From: Actinomycetes bacterium
Lineage (GTDB): Bacteria; Actinomycetota; Actinomycetes; Actinomycetales; Cellulomonadaceae
Reading direction: 5' to 3'
Length of the DNA: 28,627 nucleotides
Assembly (NCBI GenBank): GCA_023425905.1
Contig: JAFABT010000010.1
Coordinates: 1 to 28,627 of the forward strand
Below the pieces are notes generated by a model. That model was not told where the DNA came from, made no database searches, and worked only from the letters and a program-made list of their open reading frames with translations. Every line of letters starts with the position of its first letter. Within the stretch, counting starts at the first letter, position 1. Positions 8,030 to 17,015 of the stretch are shown piece after piece. The position numbers and the translations under genes are program-made.

Positions 8030-9240
8030 GTGAGCACCCCGCGCCCTAGCCCGTTCGCCGACGTCACGCTCACGGCGTTGCGACGCCGGAACAGTCTCAA
8101 GTGGGCGACGTACCCGGCGGACGTGCTGCCGTTGTGGGTCGCGGAGATGGACGTCGCCATCGCCGAGCCGGTCGCGCGCGCCCTGCGCGACGCGGTTGGC
8201 CGGAGCGACATCGGCTACCCCCTGAGACGCACGCATACGCCGAGGCTCTCGCCCGGTTCGCCGATCGTCGATGGGGGTGGGGCGGTCTAGACCCCTCGCG
8301 GACCCGCGTCGTCCCCGACGTCATGCAGGGGGTGAGCGAGATGATCGAGCTCGTGACGCGACCGGGCGACGCAGTCGTCGTCACCACGCCCGTCTACGCG
8401 CCGTTCTTCGACTTCCTCGCCCGGGTCGGTCGGACGGTCCGACCCGTCCCGCTCACGCCGGCCCACCGCCTCGACCTGGACGCGCTTGAGGAGGCTTTCG
8501 CCGCCAAGGAGACGACGGCCGTCCTCCTCGCGAGCCCGCACAACCCGACAGGGACGGTGCACACCGGAGCCGAGCTCACGGCCCTGGCGCACGCAGCCCG
8601 GCGGCACGGCGTCCGGGTCGTCGTCGACGAGATCCATGCGCCGCTCGTGCTGCCCGGCGCGACGTTCACGCCGTTCCTCTCGGTGGACGCGGGCGATGAC
8701 GCGCTCGTCGTCACCTCCGCGTCGAAGGCGTGGAACCTCGCAGGGGTCAAAGCAGCGGTCGCGGTCGCCGGTCCGCGCTCCGCGAATGACCTGGCGCGGC
8801 TGCCCGAGGTCGTCGGTCACGGTCCGAGCGCCCTCGGCATCCTCGCGCACACGGTGGCGCTCGAGGAGGGCGGGCCGTGGCTCGACGCCGTGCTCGCCCA
8901 CCTCGCGTCGCAGCGCGCACTGCTCGGCGAGCTTCTCACGACGCGGCTGCCGTCGGTGCGGTGGCGTCCGCACGAGGGCACGTACCTCGCCTGGCTGGAC
9001 GTGAGCCGCCTCGGACTCGGGGATCGACCGGCCGCGGCGTTGCTCGATCGTGCGCGCGTCGCGTTCTCCGAGGGCGCGCCGTTCGGCGGAGACCCGCACA
9101 GCGGCCGTGCCGGTGCGGTGCACGCAGGCACGGGCGCAGGGTACGTCCGCGTCAACACGGCGACGACCCGCGAGATCCTCGTCGAAGCGATCGAGCGGGT
9201 CGCCGCCGTGGTGGGCGATGTGGGGGATCGAGCCCCCTAG
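8030..9240 (+). pseudogene. MalY/PatB-family PLP C-S lyase (cystathionine beta-lyase), frameshifted as sequenced
   Basis: N-terminal SLKW...LPLWVAEMD...DIGYP is in frame 8030; SPHNPTG, DEIHAPL, SASKAWNLAG and EGTYLAWLD are in frame 8101. The frames join at a C5 run (8218-8222). Confidence 0.85.
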
Positions 9241-11153
9241 AAGTGCAGCGGCGTGAGCGCCACGTAGTCGTCGACGGTGCCGTCGGCGAGGCACGTCTCG
9301 ATGATCTGACGGCCGAGCGGGTCGAGGTCCTCGGTGAGGAACTTGCTCAGCTCCGACTTGAAGAAGTCCGAGAGGATCTTCGCGCCGACGTCGTAGGCCT
9401 CCTCGCCGACCTGCGACTGCGCCTCGGGCTTGAGGAACGTGGGCCGGATGAGCTGCCCATCGATCTTCATCTCGGTGAGCGTGTAGCCGAACAGCGGGCA
9501 CCGCGCCGGCGTGAGCTGGTGCGGCAGGACCCGCCCGCCACCACGACGCGCGAGGTACTCACGCGTCATCCACTCCGCCGCGAAGCCCACCTTGTAGGCG
9601 CCGATGTGCTGGTTGGGGGTGAGGACGTAGCGGGTGCGGTCGGCGCGGACGAGCTGCGCAAGGAGGAGGTTGGCGGCCGCGACCTTCGTGCCCGTCGCGA
9701 AGGGCCAGTACGAGCCGACGCCCTCGGCGACCATGCCACCGTGGCTGAGCATGTCCGTGGCCTTCTTCGACTCGCCGATCGACGGGTTCTTGTCGCCGCG
9801 AGGAGCGATGAGCCGCCAGATCCAGGCGAGCGACGGCGGCACGACGTGGGTGATGCCCATGATCCCGTACGACGGCTTGTCCCTCGTGCAGGCCGGCATC
9901 CGCACGCCGAACGTCCGGACGTCGACCTCTTCAGGCTCGTTGATGACGTTCTTGATGTTGCGACGAGGGATGACCACGCGCGGGTTCGGACACGGCTTGC
10001 CCGTCGAGTCGAGCGTGTGCTCCCAGGGGAGCACGGTCGCGTCGGGCACACCGTTGATGCTGTAGAAGACGAGGGGCTCGGCGGGGTGGATGACCGCACG
10101 CTCGAGGTGCGCGTCCTCGCCGTAGCTCGTGAGGTTGTCGACGCGGACGAACCAGCCGTCCTCTGCGTCAGCGACGACGAGCTTGCCGCTGTCGTCCTGG
10201 AGGTCCCGATGGCAGAGCGTCATGTCGTCGGTGACGGGAGCGAGCGAGCTCGTCTCGCCGAGGGTGATGACGTACGGCTCGTTCGTCACGACGTTCGTGC
10301 CGAGAAGGATGCGGCCGTCCTCCTGCCGGCGGATGTCCTGGCACATCTCCGACTTACCGCCGCCGGAGGCGCCCTCGTGCATGATCACGGTCTGGTTCTC
10401 GTAGGGCGTCGTCACCCGGACGCTCGACGCGTGCGCCGTGACCCAGCCCTCTTGCTCGCCGATGTCGAGCAGGACGGAGAAGACGCCCTTCTTCGCGCTC
10501 GGACCCGGGTAGAGGTTGTAGGCGAAGATCTCGTGCAGCTGCGTGGTGCGGTCGTGCACGACGACCTGTCGGCCGTCGAAGTGCGTGTGACGGAAGGGCG
10601 GCGCGACGTAGAGGATCGACCGGGGCGTGAAGTCGCCGATCTCCTCGAAGCTCACCCAGCCCTGCAGGTCGACGAGCGTCGTCGCGAAAAACGCCGCGTT
10701 GACCGGCATGATCGCGAGTGACGGGTAGCCGACCTGCAGGCCGCCCGCCTTGAACGGGACGACGACGAGGTCCTGACCCGCGAGCCAGTCGAGCGTCTCC
10801 TGCTTGGTCTGGGCGAACGACGTGCCGAAGACGTCGCCGTAGCGCGGCTTGTCCGTCGGCAGGTCGTCCGCGATCCGCATGCAGTCGGGGTCACGGCGGC
10901 GCATGTAGTCCTCGGGAAAGTTCACCGCCATGCCGTTGGTGCAACGGACGACGGTCGCCTCGGGGATCATCGTGCCGTCGACGTCGTACTCGACGGTGAA
11001 GCGCGGCCCGCCGTCGGGGCCGAGCGAGATGCGGTAGAGCTCGGCGCGCGAGGAGGGCACCGTGACCGAACGGGCCCGGTCGAGCATCGCCCTGACCGGA
11101 TCGGGCAACGTGACCCCCGCCGGGATGGCGGTGGTGAGGACGGTTTCGCTCAC
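9237..11153 (-). CDS. DUF4914-family protein with PEP carboxykinase-like motifs
   Basis: YMRRRDPDCM, YNLYPGPSAKKG, HEGASGGGKSEM, TDDM, AEDGWF, PCPNPRV, SYWPF motifs recalled as DUF4914. Start moved to GTG at 11153 after an AAGGAG SD. Confidence 0.8.
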   Translation of the reverse strand: MSETVLTTAIPAGVTLPDPVRAMLDRARSVTVPSSRAELYRISLGPDGGPRFTVEYDVDGTMIPEATVVRCTNGMAVNFPEDYMRRRDPDCMRIADDLPTDKPRYGDVFGTSFAQTKQETLDWLAGQDLVVVPFKAGGLQVGYPSLAIMPVNAAFFATTLVDLQGWVSFEEIGDFTPRSILYVAPPFRHTHFDGRQVVVHDRTTQLHEIFAYNLYPGPSAKKGVFSVLLDIGEQEGWVTAHASSVRVTTPYENQTVIMHEGASGGGKSEMCQDIRRQEDGRILLGTNVVTNEPYVITLGETSSLAPVTDDMTLCHRDLQDDSGKLVVADAEDGWFVRVDNLTSYGEDAHLERAVIHPAEPLVFYSINGVPDATVLPWEHTLDSTGKPCPNPRVVIPRRNIKNVINEPEEVDVRTFGVRMPACTRDKPSYGIMGITHVVPPSLAWIWRLIAPRGDKNPSIGESKKATDMLSHGGMVAEGVGSYWPFATGTKVAAANLLLAQLVRADRTRYVLTPNQHIGAYKVGFAAEWMTREYLARRGGGRVLPHQLTPARCPLFGYTLTEMKIDGQLIRPTFLKPEAQSQVGEEAYDVGAKILSDFFKSELSKFLTEDLDPLGRQIIETCLADGTVDDYVALTPLHF

Positions 11154-11290
11154 GGCTTCTCCTTGGGTGTGCGCCCGGTGAGGCATTCCGGAAGGGCCGT
11201 GTCGGTGCGACCCCCTCTTTGCTCAGACATTATGTCCGGACGAGAAACCAGTCGTGGGACCTTTGGGCACGACGAGTCATCATGTGGACG

Positions 11291-12421
11291 TCAGAGGCGC
11301 AGGCGTTCCCGCAGCGCGAAGCCGTCGGGCCCCACGACGAACGGCACATCGTGGTCGGCGACCTTCTCCTGCGCGCGGTCGGTGTCGGTGACCGGGGCGG
11401 GCAGCCCGTGCGACAACGTCTGCTGCGCGGGGCTCAGCGTCCGGATGGCGACTGCGGCGACGTGCGAGGGGCGGTCCGCGACGACCTCGGCGTAGATCGA
11501 GGGGTCGTGCTGCCCGTCGTCGCCCACGAGCGTCCAGGTGATCGTAGGGAAGTCCTCCATGACGCGGCGCATGGACTGGCGCTTGTGGTCCGACCCCGAT
11601 CTGAAGAAGCCGGTGTTCGTCGGCCCCCAGTCGGTGAGCAGGAACGGGCCCACCGGATATCCGTTCCGCGAGGCGAAGCGGACGTGGCCGGGAACGGAGT
11701 TCCACGAGCCCGTCGAGACGTAGACGACCGGGCAGCGAGCGGGGTCGGCGCCGTGCTGCTGCTGGATCGCCCGGTAGAGCTCCGCCATGCCGTCGACGGG
11801 ACGACGAGCGGACTCGTGGAGCACGAAGGTGTTCCAGGCGGCGAGCAGCGGCCGCGGGACTGAGGTGATCATGATCGTGTCGTCGATGTCGCTCACGATG
11901 CCCGCCCGCGCCTCGGGGTGGACGACGAGCACAGGCGCCGCCACCGAACGGCCGTCGACGACGAGCTCGACGTCGTGCCAGCCGGGCTCGAACGCCGCGG
12001 GGACGACCGCATCGATGTAGCCGCCTCGCTCTGAGCGGACGATCGTCTCGACCCCTCCGGCCCGGATGAGCACCTCGGTTCCCGCGACCTCGGCCGTCGC
12101 CATCGCGCGCCACCCCCGCACCCCGCGACTGCGCGCCTCCGCGGGGGTGTCGACGGCGGGGCCCTCGAGTCCTCCCTTGGGGCTGAGCACGGTGCGCGCC
12201 AGGACGCGGACCCACGTCATGGACCCGTACCCGGGGTAGGGCACGATCCGAGGTCGCCAGCCGAACCGTGCGAGCACGCGCGCCTGCGCGCCGCTCAGAG
12301 CGTCCTCCGTGCGAGCGGACCAGTGAGGCCTGCTCGAGGTCGCCGGGTGCGGATCGCCCGGCCGTGAGGAGCGGGTGGGCTCGGGCTCGGACGGCGAAGG
12401 CGAGGGGGAGGTCGGGCGCAC
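11291..12421 (-). CDS. App1/DUF2183-family phosphatidate phosphatase (HAD-like)
   Basis: IVSDIDDT (DxDxT), YVSTGSWN, GPFLLTDWGPT, LVGDDGQHDP, VAIR motifs. Confidence 0.88.
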   Translation of the reverse strand: MRPTSPSPSPSEPEPTRSSRPGDPHPATSSRPHWSARTEDALSGAQARVLARFGWRPRIVPYPGYGSMTWVRVLARTVLSPKGGLEGPAVDTPAEARSRGVRGWRAMATAEVAGTEVLIRAGGVETIVRSERGGYIDAVVPAAFEPGWHDVELVVDGRSVAAPVLVVHPEARAGIVSDIDDTIMITSVPRPLLAAWNTFVLHESARRPVDGMAELYRAIQQQHGADPARCPVVYVSTGSWNSVPGHVRFASRNGYPVGPFLLTDWGPTNTGFFRSGSDHKRQSMRRVMEDFPTITWTLVGDDGQHDPSIYAEVVADRPSHVAAVAIRTLSPAQQTLSHGLPAPVTDTDRAQEKVADHDVPFVVGPDGFALRERLRL

Positions 12422-12530
12422 CGCTCCATCATCGCGTGCCTGCGTGGCCCGCGCGTCACGGGCGCCGAGGATGAGACCGCGGGCCGCGGCTACGATGGGT
12501 GACCACTCGCACGCACCTGGCAGGAGGATC

Positions 12531-12938
12531 GTGGCCGTTCAGCAGCGCACGACGAGGCAGCGCGCCCAGATCCTCGACCTGCTCGACGGGCTCGACGAGT
12601 TCCGTAGCGCGCAGCAGCTCCACGAGCTCCTCCGCGCGAGCGGCTCCACGACGGGGCTCGCGACGGTGTACCGGGCGATGCAGGCGCTGTCCGACGCAGG
12701 CGAGGTCGACGTGCTCCGCTCGGACGACGGGGAGGCGCTCTATCGACGGTGCGTCGATCGTGAGCACCACCACCACCTCGTGTGCCGACTGTGCGGCACC
12801 GCCGTCGAGATCGACGGACCGGACGTCGAGAGCTGGGCGCGCACGATCGGTGCGCGGTACGGCTTCGGCGACATCACGCACACGATCGAGCTGTTCGGTG
12901 TCTGTGAAGGATGCCGCGAAGCGCCAGCGAGCCTGTGA
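12531..12938 (+). CDS. zur: Fur-family regulator, Zur/FurB-like
   Basis: RTTRQR, FRSAQQLH, GLATVYR, HHHHLVCRLCG and CEGC (two CxxC). GTG after an AGGAGG SD; -10 TACGAT at 12491-12496. Confidence 0.88.
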   Translation: MAVQQRTTRQRAQILDLLDGLDEFRSAQQLHELLRASGSTTGLATVYRAMQALSDAGEVDVLRSDDGEALYRRCVDREHHHHLVCRLCGTAVEIDGPDVESWARTIGARYGFGDITHTIELFGVCEGCREAPASL

Positions 12939-12963
12939 AGGATGCCGCGAAGCGGCAGCGAGC
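12902..12963 (+). repeat. 31-bp tandem duplication across the 3' end of the Fur gene
   Basis: CTGTGAAGGATGCCGCGAAGCG(C/G)CAGCGAGC at 12902-12932 and 12933-12963, one mismatch. Confidence 0.95.
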
Positions 12964-13088
12964 CGGTAAGCGGTGCCGAGTCGTGGCAACACGCCCGTGA
13001 GCACGTGCGGCGCCTGACTGGTTCGTCGCTATATCGTGCGGGTTGTCCTGGCCCACCCGGGCTGTCATCACAGAAGGAGTTATCCGAT

Positions 13089-13370
13089 ATGGCACTCAAC
13101 CGCAGCGACGTCGTCGCCGGGATCGCCGAGCGTGCCGGGCTCACCAAGTCGCAGGCCGACGCCGCGGTCGCGGCGCTCCAGGACGTGCTCATCACCGCCG
13201 TGTCCGAGGGCGAGACCGTTCGTATCACGGGTCTCCTCGGCGTCGAGCGTGTCGAGCGTGCGGCGCGCACCGGTCGTAACCCCCGGACGGGCGAGGAGAT
13301 CGCCATCCCCGCCGGCTTCGGCGTGAAGATCTCGGCTGGCTCCGCGCTCAAGGCCGCCGCCTCGAGCTGA
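13089..13370 (+). CDS. hup: HU-family DNA-binding protein
   Basis: MALNRSDVV...RAARTGRNPRTGEEIAIPA; SD AGAAGGAG before the ATG at 13089. Confidence 0.95.
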   Translation: MALNRSDVVAGIAERAGLTKSQADAAVAALQDVLITAVSEGETVRITGLLGVERVERAARTGRNPRTGEEIAIPAGFGVKISAGSALKAAASS

Positions 13371-13409
13371 GCACAGCGTCTCACCAGAGCGTGTGGCACC
13401 CACGGTGCC

Positions 13410-13453
13410 GTGACGGGTCGGTCAGCCTCTTCTCGGGCGGGCCGGCCCGTCAC
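13410..13453. terminator. Hairpin between the convergent HU and hypothetical genes
   Basis: GTGACGGGTCGGTC ... GGCCGGCCCGTCAC, 14-bp stem with G-U pairs. Confidence 0.6.
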
Positions 13454-13468
13454 TCGCGTCCGGGAGTC

Positions 13469-13921
13469 TCAGTCCTCGTGAGCGCCTGGCTGCGCAAGGT
13501 GGGCGAGCTCGAGCGCTGCGCGTGCGAGACGGGCGCGCGCCCCGGGAGCCATCGGCTCGATCACGGCCACGGCCGCCGCGGTGCTGCCACGGAGCACCGC
13601 CCGCAGGGCCTCGACCTGGGCGGCCGCCTCGTCCGTCCTGCTCGTGAGAGGCATGGCGGGATGAGCGACCGCGAGCAGCGCCGCGTACTTGACCTCGGCA
13701 CGATGCATCCGCAGGTGCTCGTCGAGGGACCAGCCAGGACCGTTCGTGAGGACGACGCCGCATGCGCAGTCGAGCTGGTTGACACCGCCGGGCAGGGTGC
13801 GCAGGACACCCACGGTGTGATGCTCGGTGCGCACGATCGCCCCGACCGTGCGAATGGCGAGGCTCACCGGCTCGACCGGCTCGACGGGGTCAGTCGGCTC
13901 GACCTGAGAGGGCGTGTCCAC
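13469..13921 (-). CDS. Hypothetical protein with a CxC-x14-H-x3-H motif
   Basis: Fills the HU-ltaE gap with GC3-biased codons; GTG at 13921 lies 6 nt after CAGGAT. Confidence 0.65.
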   Translation of the reverse strand: MDTPSQVEPTDPVEPVEPVSLAIRTVGAIVRTEHHTVGVLRTLPGGVNQLDCACGVVLTNGPGWSLDEHLRMHRAEVKYAALLAVAHPAMPLTSRTDEAAAQVEALRAVLRGSTAAAVAVIEPMAPGARARLARAALELAHLAQPGAHED

Positions 13922-13955
13922 CGGACCATCCTGCCGCACGCGCGACAATGGTCCG

Positions 13956-15023
13956 GTGCCGACTCCTCGTTCCTTCGCCTCTGACAACTACGCCGGCGCG
14001 CACCCGGAGGTGCTCGCCGCCATCGCGGCCGCCAACGTCGGTCATGAAGTCGCCTACGGCCGCGACTCCGTGACGGCGAGACTGCAGGCCGCGCTCGAGG
14101 GCGAGCTGGGCACGGGTGCCACGGTCTATCCGGTCTTCAACGGCACGGGAGCGAACGTTCTCGCGCTCGAGGCGCTCATCCCGCGCTGGGGCGCGGTGGT
14201 GTGCGCGGCATCAGCGCACGTCCACACGGACGAGGCCGGAGCCCCCGAGCGCGTCGGCGGGATCAAGCTCCTGCCGGTGACGACGCCGGACGGCAAACTC
14301 ACCCCGGAGCTGCTGGACCGTGAGGCGTGGGGACAGGACGACGAGCACCGCGCCCAGCCGGTCGCCCTCACGATCAGCCAGTCGACCGAGCTCGGAACGG
14401 TCTACACGCCTGAGGAGCTGCGGGCCCTCACGGCGCACGCCCACGCGCGTGGGATCCGTGTCCATCTCGACGGCGCCCGGCTCGCGAACGCGGCCGCCTC
14501 GCTCGGGTGCTCGCTCGCCGCGCTCACGAGCGAGGCCGGTGTCGACGTCGTGAGCCTCGGCGGGACGAAGAACGGCGCGCTCGGCGCCGAAGCCGTCGTC
14601 GTTCTCGAGCGCGCTGGTGACGAGGCGCGCGCCGCAGACCTCAGGGAATCGGTGCTGCGGCTGCGGAAGATGTCGACCCAGCTCGGTTCGAAGACGCGGT
14701 TCATCTCCGCGCAGCTCCTCGCGCTCTACGAGGGTGACCTCTGGCGGCGGTCGGCGGCGCACGCGAACGCGATGGCTCGTCGCCTCGCCGACGGCGTCCA
14801 GGGTGCCCCCGGCGTCGTGGTCACGCAACGCGTCGAGGCGAATGCCGTGTTCGTCGTGCTGCCCGAGGGGGTTGCCGACGCGCTGCGAGAGCGGTGGCAC
14901 TTCTACGACTGGGACCGTTCGACTCGGGAGGTCAGGTGGATGTGCTCCTTCGACACGACCGAGCAGGACGTCGACGCGCTCGCGCGGGCGGTCCACGCCG
15001 AGGTCGCTGCAGCCGCCCGGTAG
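13956..15023 (+). CDS. ltaE: Low-specificity L-threonine aldolase
   Basis: FASDNYAG, FNGTGAN, SQSTELGTVY, HLDGARLANA, SLGGTKNG (PLP lysine). Start moved to GTG at 13956. Confidence 0.92.
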   Translation: MPTPRSFASDNYAGAHPEVLAAIAAANVGHEVAYGRDSVTARLQAALEGELGTGATVYPVFNGTGANVLALEALIPRWGAVVCAASAHVHTDEAGAPERVGGIKLLPVTTPDGKLTPELLDREAWGQDDEHRAQPVALTISQSTELGTVYTPEELRALTAHAHARGIRVHLDGARLANAAASLGCSLAALTSEAGVDVVSLGGTKNGALGAEAVVVLERAGDEARAADLRESVLRLRKMSTQLGSKTRFISAQLLALYEGDLWRRSAAHANAMARRLADGVQGAPGVVVTQRVEANAVFVVLPEGVADALRERWHFYDWDRSTREVRWMCSFDTTEQDVDALARAVHAEVAAAAR

Positions 15024-15050
15024 GGCGGTCGCAGCGCCTCGGAGTGCAGC

Positions 15051-17015
15051 TCAGTAGGCGCGCGACCCGCGGTGCTCGCCGCGGCTGGACGTGCCGTCGT
15101 GGTGCGCGGCGCCCCACCGGGCACCCTTGCGCTCCTTGCCGCCCGCGTCGCCGTCACGCGCAGGGCGACGCTCACCGTGCTTCGCCGGCCCGGCAGGACG
15201 CGACGCGCCGACGCCCGGACGGGACGGGACACCGTCGTCGAGACGGATCCGCAGCGGGCGTCCGCCGACCTTGGCCCGGCCGATTCGGTCGAGGGAGTCG
15301 GGCGACACCGGGCCGATGATCTCGACGAGCGAGAAGCTGCCGTAGATGTCGATCTTGCCGAGGTCCTTGCCCGTGAGGCCACCTTCGCCCGTGATCGCCC
15401 CGACGATGCCGCCGGGCTGCACGCCGTGGTTGCGACCGGCCGCCACACGGTAGACGACGGCACCCTCGGTGCGGCGACGCGGCCGCTCGGGGTCATGCTC
15501 TCGGCTGTCCCGGGTGCGGGGACCCTCGTGACCGCGGTCACGTCCGGCCTTGACGGGGGCGAGGTGGACGCGGGCGAGTGCGTCGTCGAGGTCGTCGCCG
15601 ACCGTCGGGCGCGGGGACGGTCCCTCGTCGCCGACGTGGAGCGCGAGCAGCGCCGCGAGGACGTCGTCGATGGCGGTGCCGGGGTTCTGGGCGAGGTGGA
15701 CCGCGATCGCCTCGCGGTAGAGGTCGAGCCGACCGGCCTCGATCCGCGGTGCGACCGAGTCGAGCGTGCGCCCGACGCGGTGCGCGGAGACGTCCGCGGG
15801 GGAAGGGATGCGGACCTCCTCGAGCTGCTGGCGCGTGAGGCGCTCGATCTGCCGCAGCCTGAACTGCTCGTTGGGCGTGACGAAGGTGAGGGCCTCACCG
15901 GTGCGGCCCGCGCGCCCGGTGCGGCCGATGCGGTGGACGTACGCCTCAGGCTCGGTCGGGACGTCGAAGTTGACGACGAGGCCGATGCGGTCGACGTCGA
16001 GGCCGCGAGCGGCCACCTCGGTCGCGACGAGGACGTCAAGGTTGCCGTTGCGGAGCCGCTCGACGATCTTCTCGCGCTCGTTCTGCGCCACGTCCCCGGA
16101 GATGAAGGCGGCGGAGAGACCCTTGTCGACGAGCGCGTTGCCGACCTCGGCGGCGGCGCCGCGGGTCCGTACGAAGACGATCGCGGCCTCGGCGTCGGTG
16201 ACGGCGAGCACGCGAGCGAGCGCACCGGCCTTGTGGCGGAACGGGACGACGGCATACGTCTGGCGGACCGAGGTGACGGTCGAGGACTGCCGTGCGACGG
16301 CGATCTCCACCGGGTCGTTGAGATGGAGCTGGGCGACGCGACGGATCGCGGGCGGCATCGTCGCGGAGAACAGCGCGACCTGACGCGTGTCGGGCGCGTG
16401 GGAGAAGATCTTGTCGACGTCCTCGGCGAAGCCCATCCGCAGCATCTCGTCGGCCTCGTCGAGGACGAGGTAGCGCACGCCACTCATGTCGAGGGTGTGC
16501 CGCTCGAGGTGGTCGATGACGCGGCCGGGGGTGCCGACGACGACCTGTGCCCCACGCTGCAGCGCGCGCTGCTGGGGGAGGAAGGGGGCACCGCCGTAGA
16601 CGGCGACGACTCCGAGCCCGCCCACGTGCTTCCCGAAGGACTCGATCGCCTCGGCGACCTGCATCGCGAGCTCGCGGGTCGGGGTGAGGACGACGGCCTG
16701 CACCTGGCCTGCGCGCGGGTCGACGGCGGCGAGCAGCGGGAGACCGAATGCGGCGGTCTTGCCCGTCCCGGTCTGGGCGACGCCGGTGATGTCCCGGCCG
16801 GCGAGCAGCGCGGGGATCGCCTCGGCCTGGATGGCCGACGGCGTGGTGAACCCGAGGTCGCGCACGGCGCGGCGCAGCGCGTCCGGCAGGTCGAGGTCGT
16901 CAAAGGTGGGGCCGGTCGGGATGGTCACGTCGGCGTCGGTCTCAGGGGCAGCAGCGTCGAGCGTCTCGTCGGACGGCACCGCGTCGCTGGGCATGGCGGA
17001 GTCAGGGGTGGGCAT
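15051..17015 (-). CDS. deaD: DEAD-box RNA helicase, DeaD/CsdA type
   Basis: Q motif, AQTGTGKT, PTRELA, TPGR, DEAD, SAT, ARGLD, HRIGRTGRAG; DbpA-type C-terminal domain (GIVGAITGEGGL...LGKIDI). Start at 17015 is approximate. Confidence 0.93.
   Translation of the reverse strand: MPTPDSAMPSDAVPSDETLDAAAPETDADVTIPTGPTFDDLDLPDALRRAVRDLGFTTPSAIQAEAIPALLAGRDITGVAQTGTGKTAAFGLPLLAAVDPRAGQVQAVVLTPTRELAMQVAEAIESFGKHVGGLGVVAVYGGAPFLPQQRALQRGAQVVVGTPGRVIDHLERHTLDMSGVRYLVLDEADEMLRMGFAEDVDKIFSHAPDTRQVALFSATMPPAIRRVAQLHLNDPVEIAVARQSSTVTSVRQTYAVVPFRHKAGALARVLAVTDAEAAIVFVRTRGAAAEVGNALVDKGLSAAFISGDVAQNEREKIVERLRNGNLDVLVATEVAARGLDVDRIGLVVNFDVPTEPEAYVHRIGRTGRAGRTGEALTFVTPNEQFRLRQIERLTRQQLEEVRIPSPADVSAHRVGRTLDSVAPRIEAGRLDLYREAIAVHLAQNPGTAIDDVLAALLALHVGDEGPSPRPTVGDDLDDALARVHLAPVKAGRDRGHEGPRTRDSREHDPERPRRRTEGAVVYRVAAGRNHGVQPGGIVGAITGEGGLTGKDLGKIDIYGSFSLVEIIGPVSPDSLDRIGRAKVGGRPLRIRLDDGVPSRPGVGASRPAGPAKHGERRPARDGDAGGKERKGARWGAAHHDGTSSRGEHRGSRAY

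Noticed and set aside
12902..12963. CRISPR-like repeat of about 31 bp
   Set aside because: Only two directly adjacent copies, no spacer and no cas genes.
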